From: an uncultured Verrucomicrobiota bacterium
Lineage (GTDB): Bacteria > Verrucomicrobiota > Kiritimatiellia > PWTM01
NCBI GenBank assembly: GCA_964402695.1
Contig: CAYODK010000006.1
Coordinates: forward strand, 2,125 to 66,124
DNA length: 64,000 bases
Direction: 5' to 3'
The translations under genes were made by a program, and so were the position numbers. Numbering within the stretch: position 1 is the stretch's first letter; each line of letters starts with the position of its first letter. The notes under the pieces were generated by a model. The model saw only the letters and a program-made list of their open reading frames with translations, was not told the origin of the DNA and searched no databases. This document shows positions 29,090 through 37,838 of this stretch, piece after piece.

Positions 29090-30208
29090 GTGATGGAGAA
29101 CGCCAGCCGGGTGCGCGCTCTCGACGGGGTGCGTGGCATCGCGATCCTAGCGGTCATGCTGCGGCATTTCGTCCAGGGTATGGATCTCACGACCCCGGCC
29201 GACCGTGTCGTCTTCTCTTTAGGCCGGCTCGGCTCGAACGGGGTGGACCTCTTCTTCGTCCTTTCCGGGTTCCTCATCACGGGCATCCTGCTCGACGCGA
29301 GGGACCGGCCCGACTACTACCGCCGCTTCTACATCCGGCGGACGCTCCGGATCTTCCCGCTCTACTACTTCGCGCTGTGTCTCGCGTTCTGGATCTGGCC
29401 TCGCATCTTTCCCGGGCCGTCGAGCCTCCTCTACGCCGTGGATGCCAATCAGCCCTGGTACTGGCTGTACGCCTCGAACTGGCTCTTCGTGAAGGAGGGA
29501 ACGTACCTCGGTCTCGCGCACTTCTGGTCGCTGGCCATCGAGGAGCAGTTCTACCTCCTCTGGCCCGCCGTGGTGGCGCTGGTCCCCCGCGAGAGACTCG
29601 CGGCGGTCTGCGCCTGGTGCTTCGGGGCCTCGCTCTTCCTGCGAGCGGCGCTGGCGTACGGAGGCGTGGACGTGATGATCGTCTACGTCCTCACGCCGGC
29701 CAGGTTCGACAGCCTCGCGCTCGGTGCGCTCGTGGCTGCAACGCTGCGGCAGTCAGGCGGCCAGGAGCGGTTGCGACGGGCAGCGGCCTGGTTGGGCCCG
29801 TTGTCGTTGGGGTCGCTGGTGGCGATGGTCGTGCTGGGCGGTGATAGCGGGAGGACGCACCTCCTGATGACGGTGGGCGTGAGCCTGGTCGGCGTCATGA
29901 GCGCGGCCTTCGTGATCTGGGCTGTGTTGCAGCCACAAGGTGGCCTTGCGAGGAGGGTCTTCGAGCTGGCGCCACTCCGGTGGCTCGGCTTCTACGCCTA
30001 TGCGCTCTACGTCTTCCACCCCTTCGTGCAGGACGCCCTGGAGCGAGTCTGGGCGGACTCGTTCCTGCCGAGAGTGGCGGGCTCGCTGCTCCCGGGACGG
30101 ATCGCTTTCGTCCTGACCTCGTTGGCGGCGTCGTGTGCCGTGGCCTGGTTGAGCTGGCACGGGTACGAGAAGCGGTGGCTCGCGCTCAAGGACAGGTGGG
30201 CCGCTTGA
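29090..30208 (+). CDS. Acyltransferase family 3 (OafA/OatA-like) membrane O-acyltransferase
   Basis: LDGVRGIAILAVMLRHF...DLFFVLSGFLITGILL, the typical Acyl_transf_3 N-terminus. 10 TM helices. Confidence 0.8.
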   Translation: MMENASRVRALDGVRGIAILAVMLRHFVQGMDLTTPADRVVFSLGRLGSNGVDLFFVLSGFLITGILLDARDRPDYYRRFYIRRTLRIFPLYYFALCLAFWIWPRIFPGPSSLLYAVDANQPWYWLYASNWLFVKEGTYLGLAHFWSLAIEEQFYLLWPAVVALVPRERLAAVCAWCFGASLFLRAALAYGGVDVMIVYVLTPARFDSLALGALVAATLRQSGGQERLRRAAAWLGPLSLGSLVAMVVLGGDSGRTHLLMTVGVSLVGVMSAAFVIWAVLQPQGGLARRVFELAPLRWLGFYAYALYVFHPFVQDALERVWADSFLPRVAGSLLPGRIAFVLTSLAASCAVAWLSWHGYEKRWLALKDRWAA

Positions 30209-31356
30209 GAGTCCTTCACGTCGTTCCTGCGGTGGCGCCCCGTTACGGCGGGCCCAGCGAGGTTGCCTCACGGATGACAGCGGCCCTGTCGTCCGAGGGC
30301 GTGGAGGCCCTGCTCGCGACCACGGACGCCGACGGGCCGGGGCGGCTTCGGGTGGAGACGGAGGCGGTGGTCGAGCATCAGGGTGCACGAACGATCTTCT
30401 TCCCGAGGCTGCCGGGGGAGTCGCTGAAGCCCTCTCCCCAGATGGCCCGCTGGCTGCGTGAGAACGCGACGGCGTTCGACCTCGTCCACGTGCATTCTGT
30501 TTTCTCGCACCCGTCGCTCGCCGCCGGGGCGGCGGCCCGCGCTGCCGGCACCCCCTATGTCGTGCGGCCCCTTGGCCAGCTGGATTCATGGAGTCTCGCC
30601 CAACATGTTTTCCGGAAGCGGCTGTTCCTCGCGGCCGGGGGGCGGCGCCTGCTCGAGGGGGCAGCCGCGCTGCACTGGACGGACGAGTCGGAAAGGGCGG
30701 CCGTGCCGCCGCTCGGATGCAGCTGCCCCGGCTTCGTCGTCCCGCTCGGGGTGCATGACGCCCTGTTTGACGAAACGCACGGCGTCCCGCGAAAGAAGAC
30801 CGTCCTGTTCCTCTCACGGCTGCACCCGAAGAAGAACGTGGAGAGCCTCCTCGAGGCCTTTCGCGACGCGGCCGCGACGGCTGCGGGTTGGACCCTCGTG
30901 ATCGCGGGCGACGGTGAGGAACGGTACGTGAGGGGGCTGCGACAACGGGCCGGCGAAGGCGCAGGCGAGGGACGGGTCGAGTTCGCGGGGTGGCTCGATG
31001 GCGAGGCCAAACTCAGGGCGCTCCGGGAGGCGGCGGTCCTCGCCCTCCCCTCGAGGCAGGAGAACTTCGGCATTGTCGTCGCGGAGGCGATGGCGACGGG
31101 CATGCCGGTCGTCGTCACGGAAGCCGTGGCGCTCGCACGGGAGGTTACGCGAGCCGGCGCTGGGTGGGTCGTGAATGGCGGAGCCGGGGGGCTGGTGGGC
31201 GCGCTCGGCGCGGCGATGGCGTCGGAGGAGGAGCGTGTCCGGCGCGGCAACGCTGCTCGCGCGCTTGCCCAGCGCCGGTTCCGCTGGTCGGCTGTCGCGG
31301 GAGAGCTGGTAAGAGAGTACGAGAAGATTCTCGGCCCAAATGGCGCGGGGGATTGA
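30205..31356 (+). CDS. GT-B glycosyltransferase (GT4)
   Basis: The probable TTG start overlaps the upstream stop (TTGA). QENFGIVVAEAMATGMPVVVT. Confidence 0.7.
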   Translation: MRVLHVVPAVAPRYGGPSEVASRMTAALSSEGVEALLATTDADGPGRLRVETEAVVEHQGARTIFFPRLPGESLKPSPQMARWLRENATAFDLVHVHSVFSHPSLAAGAAARAAGTPYVVRPLGQLDSWSLAQHVFRKRLFLAAGGRRLLEGAAALHWTDESERAAVPPLGCSCPGFVVPLGVHDALFDETHGVPRKKTVLFLSRLHPKKNVESLLEAFRDAAATAAGWTLVIAGDGEERYVRGLRQRAGEGAGEGRVEFAGWLDGEAKLRALREAAVLALPSRQENFGIVVAEAMATGMPVVVTEAVALAREVTRAGAGWVVNGGAGGLVGALGAAMASEEERVRRGNAARALAQRRFRWSAVAGELVREYEKILGPNGAGD

Positions 31357-32151
31357 GTGGCGCTCGCCGACGTGACTCCTGTCATCCTGACGTTCAACGA
31401 AGAGGAGAACATCGGACGGACGCTCGAAAGCCTCCGCCGATTTGCGCGCGTCGTGGTCGTGGACTCAGGCTCGACGGACGGTACCGAGGCGATCGCCAGG
31501 GCCCTCCCGAACGTCTCCTGGTACTCGAACGCCTGGTCCGGCTTCCGCGAACAGTGGCAGTTCGCATTTCGCGGGACGGAGATCTCGACGCCGTTCGTCC
31601 TCGCTCTCGACGCGGATATGCAAGTAACGGCGGCGCTGGAGGCAGAGGTCGCCGCGACGGTGGAGCGCGAGCTCGTAAATGGCGGGACAGTAGCGTTCGA
31701 GTACCGAATCCGGGGGGTCGCGCTCGCAGGCTCGCTCTACCCGCGACAGCTTAGACTCCTCCGTCTCGACAGGGCGAGGACCGGTGAGCGAGGGCACGCG
31801 CACCTGCTCGAAGTGGACGGCCGCGTCGTGGAGCTCGCTGCCCGCCTCGTCCACGACGACAGGAAGCCCCTCGAGATGTTCGTCCGGGCCCAGCTCGGCT
31901 ACTCAGCCAGTGAGCTGCCGCGCCTCTTCGCTCCGGAGGGCAGAGGCATCGCGGCCCGAGTCCGGCGCGCCTTGCCGTTCACGCCGATCGCCGTCTGGCT
32001 CTGGGCGTGGGTGCGCGCCGGTGGTCCGTTTCGGGGCGCAGCCGCGCGGCGATACGCTCTCGAACGGCTTCTCTACGAGGCGATGCTGCGATGGCGGGTC
32101 GAGGACAGGTGCCTCGACAACGAGAGCAGGCGAGAGGGCGAAAGCCGTTGA
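31357..32151 (+). CDS. GT-A glycosyltransferase family 2
   Basis: VILTFNEEENIGRTLESL...VVDSGSTDGT, a WcaA-like N-terminus. Confidence 0.7.
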   Translation: MALADVTPVILTFNEEENIGRTLESLRRFARVVVVDSGSTDGTEAIARALPNVSWYSNAWSGFREQWQFAFRGTEISTPFVLALDADMQVTAALEAEVAATVERELVNGGTVAFEYRIRGVALAGSLYPRQLRLLRLDRARTGERGHAHLLEVDGRVVELAARLVHDDRKPLEMFVRAQLGYSASELPRLFAPEGRGIAARVRRALPFTPIAVWLWAWVRAGGPFRGAAARRYALERLLYEAMLRWRVEDRCLDNESRREGESR

Positions 32152-32783
32152 GTGGTTCCATTTCGACTCCCGACTACGGGTACAGGTCCGCAGAGCGGTC
32201 GGCCGCGAACGAAGTGTTGCGGCCGGTGCTGATCGGGATCCTCAAGATGCGGGCACCTGCACCGAGACGTCTCGTCGACCTGGGCTGCGGCAATGGGGCA
32301 ATGGCGAGCGTAATGCACTCCGTCGGCTACGACGTCCTCGGTATCGATGCATCCCAAAGCGGTATTCAGGTGGCGCAGGGCGCGTATCCCGAGTGCAGAT
32401 TTGCGGTGGGGTCAGCCTACGACGACCTCGTCGCCGTGCACGGGAGGTTCCCGCTCGTCGTGAGCCTCGAGGTAATCGAGCACCTTTACTCACCGAGGAG
32501 GTACTGTGAGACGCTTTGGGGCCTTCTGGAACCGGGTGGTCTCGGGGTGATCTCAACTCCCTTTCACGGGTACTGGAAGAATCTGGCGCTCGCCGTAACG
32601 AACCGCTTCGACGCTCACTTTTCACCAACGTGGGAGGGGGGGCATATCAAGTTCTGGTCACGCCAGTCGTTGGGAGCGCTGCTGATACAACAGGGCTTCC
32701 GAGACCTGGCGTTCTTTCGAGTGGGCCGGATCCCTCCGTTAGCCAAGTCACTGATCGTGGCCTTTCGGCGTCCTGCCAAGTAG
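32148..32783 (+). CDS. Class I SAM-dependent methyltransferase
   Basis: VDLGCGNG motif I. The probable TTG start overlaps the upstream TGA. Confidence 0.65.
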   Translation: MSGSISTPDYGYRSAERSAANEVLRPVLIGILKMRAPAPRRLVDLGCGNGAMASVMHSVGYDVLGIDASQSGIQVAQGAYPECRFAVGSAYDDLVAVHGRFPLVVSLEVIEHLYSPRRYCETLWGLLEPGGLGVISTPFHGYWKNLALAVTNRFDAHFSPTWEGGHIKFWSRQSLGALLIQQGFRDLAFFRVGRIPPLAKSLIVAFRRPAK

Positions 32784-32838
32784 GCATCGTTTGGTGCGAG
32801 GAGTGCGTGGATGGGCGAACGTCCATCCCGGAGATTGA

Positions 32839-34599
32839 ATGAGCGAAGTTATCCTCGGTCTGAACGCCTTCCACGGCGACTCGGCGGCCTGCCTCGTCGT
32901 GGACGGCAATCTCGTCGCCGCGGCGGAGGAGGAGCGGTTCCGCCGACTGAAGCACTGGGCGGGGTTCCCGTCGGAGGCGGCGAAGTACTGCCTGTCGGCT
33001 GCGGGATTGACGTTGGCCGACGTGGACCACGTCGCCGTGAACCGCGACCCGAGCGCGAACCTTCTCTCGAAGGTGCTCTTCTCGCTGTCGAAGCGGCCGA
33101 GCCTCGAGGCGATCAAGGGGCGCCTCTCCAACGCCTCGAAGGTAAGGGACATCGGGGCGCTGCTTCGGGAGCAGGTGGGCGACGGGCGGCCGGCGCGGTT
33201 CAAGGTGCACAACGTGGAGCACCACCGGGCGCACATGGCGTCGTCGTTCTACGTCTCGCCGTTCGAGACGGCGGCCGTCGTCTCGGTGGACGGCTTCGGC
33301 GACTTCGTGAGCGGGATGTGGGGCTCGGGGAAGGGGACGTCGATCTCGATGGACGACGAGGTCACCTTCCCGCACTCGCTCGGGCTCTTCTACCTCGCGA
33401 TGACGCAGTACCTCGGCTTCCCCTACTACGGCGACGAGTACAAGGTGATGGGCCTCGCGCCGTACGGGCAGCCGGAGCTGATGGAGGAGATGCGGACAAT
33501 CGTCCGGCTGAAGGCCGACGGGAAGTACGAGCTGGACCTTGACTGCTTCCTCCACCACTCGGAGGGGGTGTCGATGGTGTGGGACGACGGGATGCCCACC
33601 ATCGGGACGGTCTTCTCCGACGAGCTGCCGAAGCGGCTCGGGCCGGCGCGGGGTAAGGACGAGCCGATCACCGACAGGCACAAGGCGATCGCCGCCTCGA
33701 TGCAGGCGATGTACGAGGAGGCGTTCTTCCACGTCCTCGCGCACGTGGGGAAGAAGACCGGGGAGAAGAACCTCGCCCTCGCCGGCGGCTGCGCGATGAA
33801 CTCCGTCGCGAACGGCAAGGTCTTCGAGCGGTCGGACTTCCGCGAGATGTGGATCCAGTCGGCCGCGGGGGACGCGGGCGGGGCCATCGGGGCGGCGTTC
33901 CACGTCCAGCACGCCGAGCTGGGGCGGCCGCGGGGCTTCGTGATGGAGCACGCCTACCTCGGGCCGGAGTTCCCCGCGAGCGAGCTGAAGGCGCTCGTCG
34001 AGGCGAAGAGGGACGAGCTGGAGGCCGCCGGGTGCGTGGTGGAGGAGCCGGCCGACGAGGCGGCCCTCTGCAGGAGGACGGCCGGGGCCGTGGCCGAGGG
34101 GAAGGTCGTGGGCTGGTTCCAGGGGCGGATGGAGTGGGGGCCGAGAGCCCTCGGGAACCGCTCCATCGTCTGCGACCCGCGGCGGGCCGACATGAAGGCG
34201 ATCCTGAACGCGAAGATCAAGCGGCGGGAGTCGTTCCGGCCGTTCGCCCCGTCCATCGCCCGCGAGGCGACGGGGGCGTGGTTCGAGACGGACTACGACG
34301 TGCCGTTCATGCTGCAGGTCTACCAGATCCGCCCCGATAAGCGGGCCGTCATTCCGGCCGTGACGCACGTGAACGGCTCGGGTCGCCTGCAGACGGTGAC
34401 GGAGGCCCAGAATCCCCGCTACTACCGGCTCATCCGGGCGTTCGAGGCCGAGACCGGGGTGCCGCTCGTGCTGAATACGTCGTTCAACGAGAACGAACCG
34501 GTGGTCTGCCGGCCGGAGGAGGCGATGGACTGCTTCCTGAGGACGAAGATGGACGTGCTGGTGCTGGGGGACGTCGTCGTCGAGAGGGTGGAGCGGTGA
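32839..34599 (+). CDS. Carbamoyltransferase (NodU/CmcH family), intact
   Basis: 586 aa, full-length: MSEVILGLNAFHGDSAA...GRMEWGPRALGNRSI...NTSFNENEPVV. Confidence 0.9.
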   Translation: MSEVILGLNAFHGDSAACLVVDGNLVAAAEEERFRRLKHWAGFPSEAAKYCLSAAGLTLADVDHVAVNRDPSANLLSKVLFSLSKRPSLEAIKGRLSNASKVRDIGALLREQVGDGRPARFKVHNVEHHRAHMASSFYVSPFETAAVVSVDGFGDFVSGMWGSGKGTSISMDDEVTFPHSLGLFYLAMTQYLGFPYYGDEYKVMGLAPYGQPELMEEMRTIVRLKADGKYELDLDCFLHHSEGVSMVWDDGMPTIGTVFSDELPKRLGPARGKDEPITDRHKAIAASMQAMYEEAFFHVLAHVGKKTGEKNLALAGGCAMNSVANGKVFERSDFREMWIQSAAGDAGGAIGAAFHVQHAELGRPRGFVMEHAYLGPEFPASELKALVEAKRDELEAAGCVVEEPADEAALCRRTAGAVAEGKVVGWFQGRMEWGPRALGNRSIVCDPRRADMKAILNAKIKRRESFRPFAPSIAREATGAWFETDYDVPFMLQVYQIRPDKRAVIPAVTHVNGSGRLQTVTEAQNPRYYRLIRAFEAETGVPLVLNTSFNENEPVVCRPEEAMDCFLRTKMDVLVLGDVVVERVER

Positions 34600-34609
34600 G
34601 GGTGCAGGC
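34469..34609. repeat. Direct repeat copy A (3' end of the carbamoyltransferase gene, the stop codon and 10 nt)
   Basis: Near-identical to 35563-35702 (5 substitutions plus a 2-bp indel). Confidence 0.8.
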
Positions 34610-34635
34610 CCTCACGACGTAGGCCGCGAAGGGAT

Positions 34636-34890
34636 TCAGGCTGGCTTGGTCCGACTACGGCGGGGAGCGGGAACAGCGGACCGTGCCGCTGCTACGAGGG
34701 TTCGAAGGGCCTCGTTTACGGACTCGGAGGTCGGGAAGACCTTCGAAAGGTCGCTGTCGAGGAGCACGATGCTCGCGCTGGCCCGGGCACGCTGAAGGTA
34801 CTTGCCTCGGACGCCGCCTTTCAGCTGCGAGAAGTCGTACTCGGGACGCAGGTCGTCGGAAGAACGCTTACGAGCCTTCTGTGTAGCCAT
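34636..34890 (-). CDS. brnA: BrnA-like antitoxin (COG3514/DUF4415-type, RHH-like C-terminus)
   Basis: EYDFSQLKGGVRGKY motif, downstream of and overlapping brnT. The start is taken at the internal Met (MATQKARK). Confidence 0.55.
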   Translation of the reverse strand: MATQKARKRSSDDLRPEYDFSQLKGGVRGKYLQRARASASIVLLDSDLSKVFPTSESVNEALRTLVAAARSAVPAPRRSRTKPA

Positions 34891-35140
34891 GTTTTTCTCG
34901 TTTCGTGGCCCGACGGGCGCTGATGATGCGGACCTCGGCTCCGACATCTGCATGGGCAACGACCAGTACGCGGCCACGAGCTGACATGCCGAATGTGAGG
35001 AAGCGCTGCTCGAGAACAGAGTGGTCAGGGTCTGTGAAGGTCAGGTGGAGTGGGTCGTGGAAGACGGTTGCAGCCTCCTGAAAGCCGACACGGTGCTTCC
35101 GAAGGTTCGAGGCGGCCTTTCGCGGATCCCACTGATACAC
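34868..35140 (-). CDS. brnT: BrnT toxin (DUF497, RelE-fold ribonuclease)
   Basis: MYQWDPRKAASNLRKHRVGFQEAATVF...RIISARRATKREK. Confidence 0.8.
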   Translation of the reverse strand: MYQWDPRKAASNLRKHRVGFQEAATVFHDPLHLTFTDPDHSVLEQRFLTFGMSARGRVLVVAHADVGAEVRIISARRATKREKHGYTEGS

Positions 35141-35217
35141 GACCCCAGTCTAGCGGATGGGGAGCCGGCCTGAGGTTGAGTAGTCTGCCGGCCGAACGAG
35201 GCGACCGACTGCCCCTT

Positions 35218-35277
35218 AAAGACGAAGGTGGATGTGCTGGTGCCAGGAGACGTCTTCGTGGACAGGACGGGGCGATA
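35218..35277. repeat. Direct repeat copy B (partial, about 60 bp, of the carbamoyltransferase 3' end)
   Basis: Encodes in frame KTKVDVLVPGDVFVDRTGR-stop. Closer to copy C than to copy A. Confidence 0.65.
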
Positions 35278-35291
35278 GAATCGCCGAAGGA

Positions 35292-35534
35292 ATGAATCGT
35301 AGCGGCGTCTCGGGCATGTGGGGCATCTGCGTCGCGAACGGCGGATACGCGGCGTCGCTGGAGCCGCACAAGGTCTATCGGCTTCTGCCGACTCCGGCCG
35401 GCACGCCGGAGTCGCTGGTGCGCGTCGTGGACGAGTCGGGCGAGGATTACCTGTACCCCCGCTCGCTCTTCCTGCCGCTCGTGCTTCCCGCACGAGTGCG
35501 ACGCGCCCTGGAGCATCGATCGGCTGACTCGTAG
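35292..35534 (+). CDS. Hypothetical small protein (cassette cargo)
   Basis: 80-aa ORF with codon usage like the host's. No recognisable family. Confidence 0.3.
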   Translation: MNRSGVSGMWGICVANGGYAASLEPHKVYRLLPTPAGTPESLVRVVDESGEDYLYPRSLFLPLVLPARVRRALEHRSADS

Positions 35535-35562
35535 CTGTCGCCGGGGGGCGGGAGTTTCAATG

Positions 35563-35702
35563 GTGCTGAACACGTCGTATCGAGAACGAGCCGGTGGTCT
35601 GCCGGCCCGAGGAGGCGATGGACTGCTTCCTGAGGACGAAGATGGACGTGCTGGTGCTGGGGGACGTCTTCGTGGAGAGGGCCGAGCGGTGAGCGTGCAG
35701 GC
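35563..35702. repeat. Direct repeat copy C (displaced ancestral 3' end of the carbamoyltransferase, frame broken by a 2-bp indel)
   Basis: Its stop TGA overlaps the GTG start of the OMP gene (GTGA), as expected for the pre-insertion arrangement. Confidence 0.8.
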
Positions 35703-37059
35703 GCGCTTGCCGAGGCTCGTCGCGGCGGCGCTCGCCGCGCTCGGGCTCCTCTTCGCGGCGGAGGCGGCGCGAGGGCAGGAGGGTGGAACGGGCGGGCTGC
35801 GGCCGGCGGTGATGCAGGGAGCGACGGGCGGGACGGGGGGCGGGACGTTCGAGTCTTCCGTGACGCCGCTGCCGGAGCGGGAGTCGCTCGAGAGCGAGGC
35901 AGCCGACGCGAGGATTCGCCTCGGGCCGCTTCGGCTTCGCCCGACGCTTTCCATCGGGAACTTCGGCTACACGAACAACTTCTTCGGCGAGACGGACGAG
36001 GAGAGGGAGGGGGACTTCACTGCGACCGTGCAAGGGGGCGTCCGCGCGATCGTCCCGGTGGGGAGCCGGCTCTTCCTCAAGGGGAGCGTTCTCCCCACGT
36101 ACAGCTGGTACTCGAAGAACGCCGACCGGCGGCAGTTCGGCGGGACGTACGACGCGTCGGCGCTCTTCTACCTCTCGCGCTTCGCGCTCCAGGTGCAGGG
36201 GGCGAGCGGTGCCGAGAACGTGGACCTCAGCTCCGAGGTCGAGCAGCCGGTGGAGCAGAAAATCCTCTCGGGGGTCTTCCGCGGGCAATACGAGCTGGGG
36301 AGCCGGACGGCGATCGTCGGCGACCTGAGGCTCTCGCGGCGGCGGTACGGCGGCGCGGGGTTCGACGAGGAGGAGCTTTCGACGTTCCGGCGGCTCGACG
36401 GGACGGACACGATCTGGAGCGTCGGGGTGCGGCGAAAGGTCGGCGCTCGCCTGCAGGTTGGGGTGAGCTACGAGCGGGGCGACCTCTCCTTCGCGAACGA
36501 GGGGGAGCTGCGCGACGCACGGAGCACCGGCATCCTCGCCTCGGCGTTCCTCGACCGGAGCCGGCTCGACGTGAACGTCTACGCCGGCTACCGGAAGCTC
36601 GAGCCGAAGGCCGGCTCGTCGTTCGAGCCGTACGACGGCCCCTCCGGCGGGGCACAGGTGACGTACGCGGCCACGCGGCTCGTCTCCCTCGGCGCCTTCG
36701 CCCGCAGCTCGTTCGTCTCGTCGCTCTACGGCGAGAACGCGTTCTACGACGAACGGCGCGCGGGGGCGACGATCGGGATCGCCCCCCGATGGGCGTCGCT
36801 CATGGTCGCCTTCGAGGTGGGGTCGAACAAGTATCCCGACTTGACGGTCTTCGCCGACGGCACGTCCGCGAAGCGGAACGACGACGTGACGACGCTCCGG
36901 GGGCAGGTGACCACGCGCCTCGGGCGCCTCCTCAACCTCGGGGTCGACGTCTCGCAGAGCAAGTACGACTCGAACCTCCCCGGCCTCGACCGCTCCGTCT
37001 TCCGCATCGGGACGACGATCGGCCTCGGCCTCTCCGGGAGCATCGACATCATCAAGTGA
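35689..37059 (+). CDS. Putative outer-membrane beta-barrel protein of the polysaccharide export locus
   Basis: GTG start, signal peptide MSVQARLPRLVAAALAALGLLFAAEAARGQ, Gly/Thr-rich low-complexity segment, amphipathic beta-strand pattern. Confidence 0.55.
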   Translation: MSVQARLPRLVAAALAALGLLFAAEAARGQEGGTGGLRPAVMQGATGGTGGGTFESSVTPLPERESLESEAADARIRLGPLRLRPTLSIGNFGYTNNFFGETDEEREGDFTATVQGGVRAIVPVGSRLFLKGSVLPTYSWYSKNADRRQFGGTYDASALFYLSRFALQVQGASGAENVDLSSEVEQPVEQKILSGVFRGQYELGSRTAIVGDLRLSRRRYGGAGFDEEELSTFRRLDGTDTIWSVGVRRKVGARLQVGVSYERGDLSFANEGELRDARSTGILASAFLDRSRLDVNVYAGYRKLEPKAGSSFEPYDGPSGGAQVTYAATRLVSLGAFARSSFVSSLYGENAFYDERRAGATIGIAPRWASLMVAFEVGSNKYPDLTVFADGTSAKRNDDVTTLRGQVTTRLGRLLNLGVDVSQSKYDSNLPGLDRSVFRIGTTIGLGLSGSIDIIK

Positions 37060-37093
37060 CGGATCCGGGCGTCGGGCCGGGTCGGAGCAGGGC

Positions 37094-37510
37094 TCAGCGC
37101 GAGATCCACTCCACGCGGACCTCGCCGGCCTTCTCGACAGCGCGGATCTCCGGATCCCCCGTGACGAGCGCGACGTCTTTCTCGCGGGCGACCTGCACGG
37201 CGAAGGCGTCGGCGAGCGCGATGGGGAAACGCGCCTCGAGCCGGGCGGCTTCGAGGACCCGCGGCCGGGTGGCATCCACGACCGAAACCGGGACGTCGCC
37301 GCGCAGGGCTCCCTTCCAGAAGTCGTTCGCCGCGTCGGCACCCAGGATGCGGTGCATCCGGTAGTAGACCTCGGCGAGGTTGACGACGGAGATCCAGCAC
37401 CGGGTGTCCGGCGCCGTCGAGGCGGCCGCGAGGTAGTCCTCGACGATCGGCGCTCCCTGCTCCCTCTGGAGCCACGAGAGAAGCGCGAAGGAGTCGAGGC
37501 AGACGCTCAC
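37094..37510 (-). CDS. vapC: PIN-domain toxin VapC
   Basis: The GTG start overlaps the vapB stop (GTGA). Acidic PIN residues are present. Confidence 0.8.
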   Translation of the reverse strand: MSVCLDSFALLSWLQREQGAPIVEDYLAAASTAPDTRCWISVVNLAEVYYRMHRILGADAANDFWKGALRGDVPVSVVDATRPRVLEAARLEARFPIALADAFAVQVAREKDVALVTGDPEIRAVEKAGEVRVEWISR

Positions 37511-37746
37511 CGCCTGGCCTCCTTGCGATGCTCCTTCCGGTGCTCCGCGAGGGCGTTGGACCCCGAGAGCGCCCCGGCCCACGCTCTCCAGGGGCGTCGG
37601 CCCGCACGGGTGCGAACCCGCGTGAGCACGATGGCGTCGGCCTTCGAGGCGACCTCGAGCTGCTCCCCTTCTCGCAGGCCGAGCTCCTTCCGGAGGTCGA
37701 GCGGAATGACGATCTGGCCTTTCGACGAAACCGTGACGGTGGGCAT
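37507..37746 (-). CDS. vapB: AbrB/MazE/SpoVT-type antitoxin VapB
   Basis: MPTVTVSSKGQIVIPLDLRKELGLREGEQLEV swapped-hairpin motif. Confidence 0.8.
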   Translation of the reverse strand: MPTVTVSSKGQIVIPLDLRKELGLREGEQLEVASKADAIVLTRVRTRAGRRPWRAWAGALSGSNALAEHRKEHRKEARR

Positions 37747-37838
37747 GAGTCGACCTCCAGCCCCTATCTTACTCCGGTGGTAAGCATTCCCGGTTTCCGG
37801 CCGGTCGGCGGGGTTCCGGGGAAAGGTAGACTGACTCC

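Larger units (their letters stand above)
34610..35562. mobile_element. Inserted cassette array (BrnTA cassette plus small-ORF cassette) at the carbamoyltransferase 3'-end att-like site
   Basis: Bounded by roughly 140-bp direct repeats with an internal third partial repeat. No recombinase is encoded inside. Confidence 0.55.

Noticed and set aside
37060-37838. Possible target-site duplication flanking the VapBC module.
   Set aside because: Only a roughly 10-nt GC-rich similarity, indistinguishable from chance in this composition.
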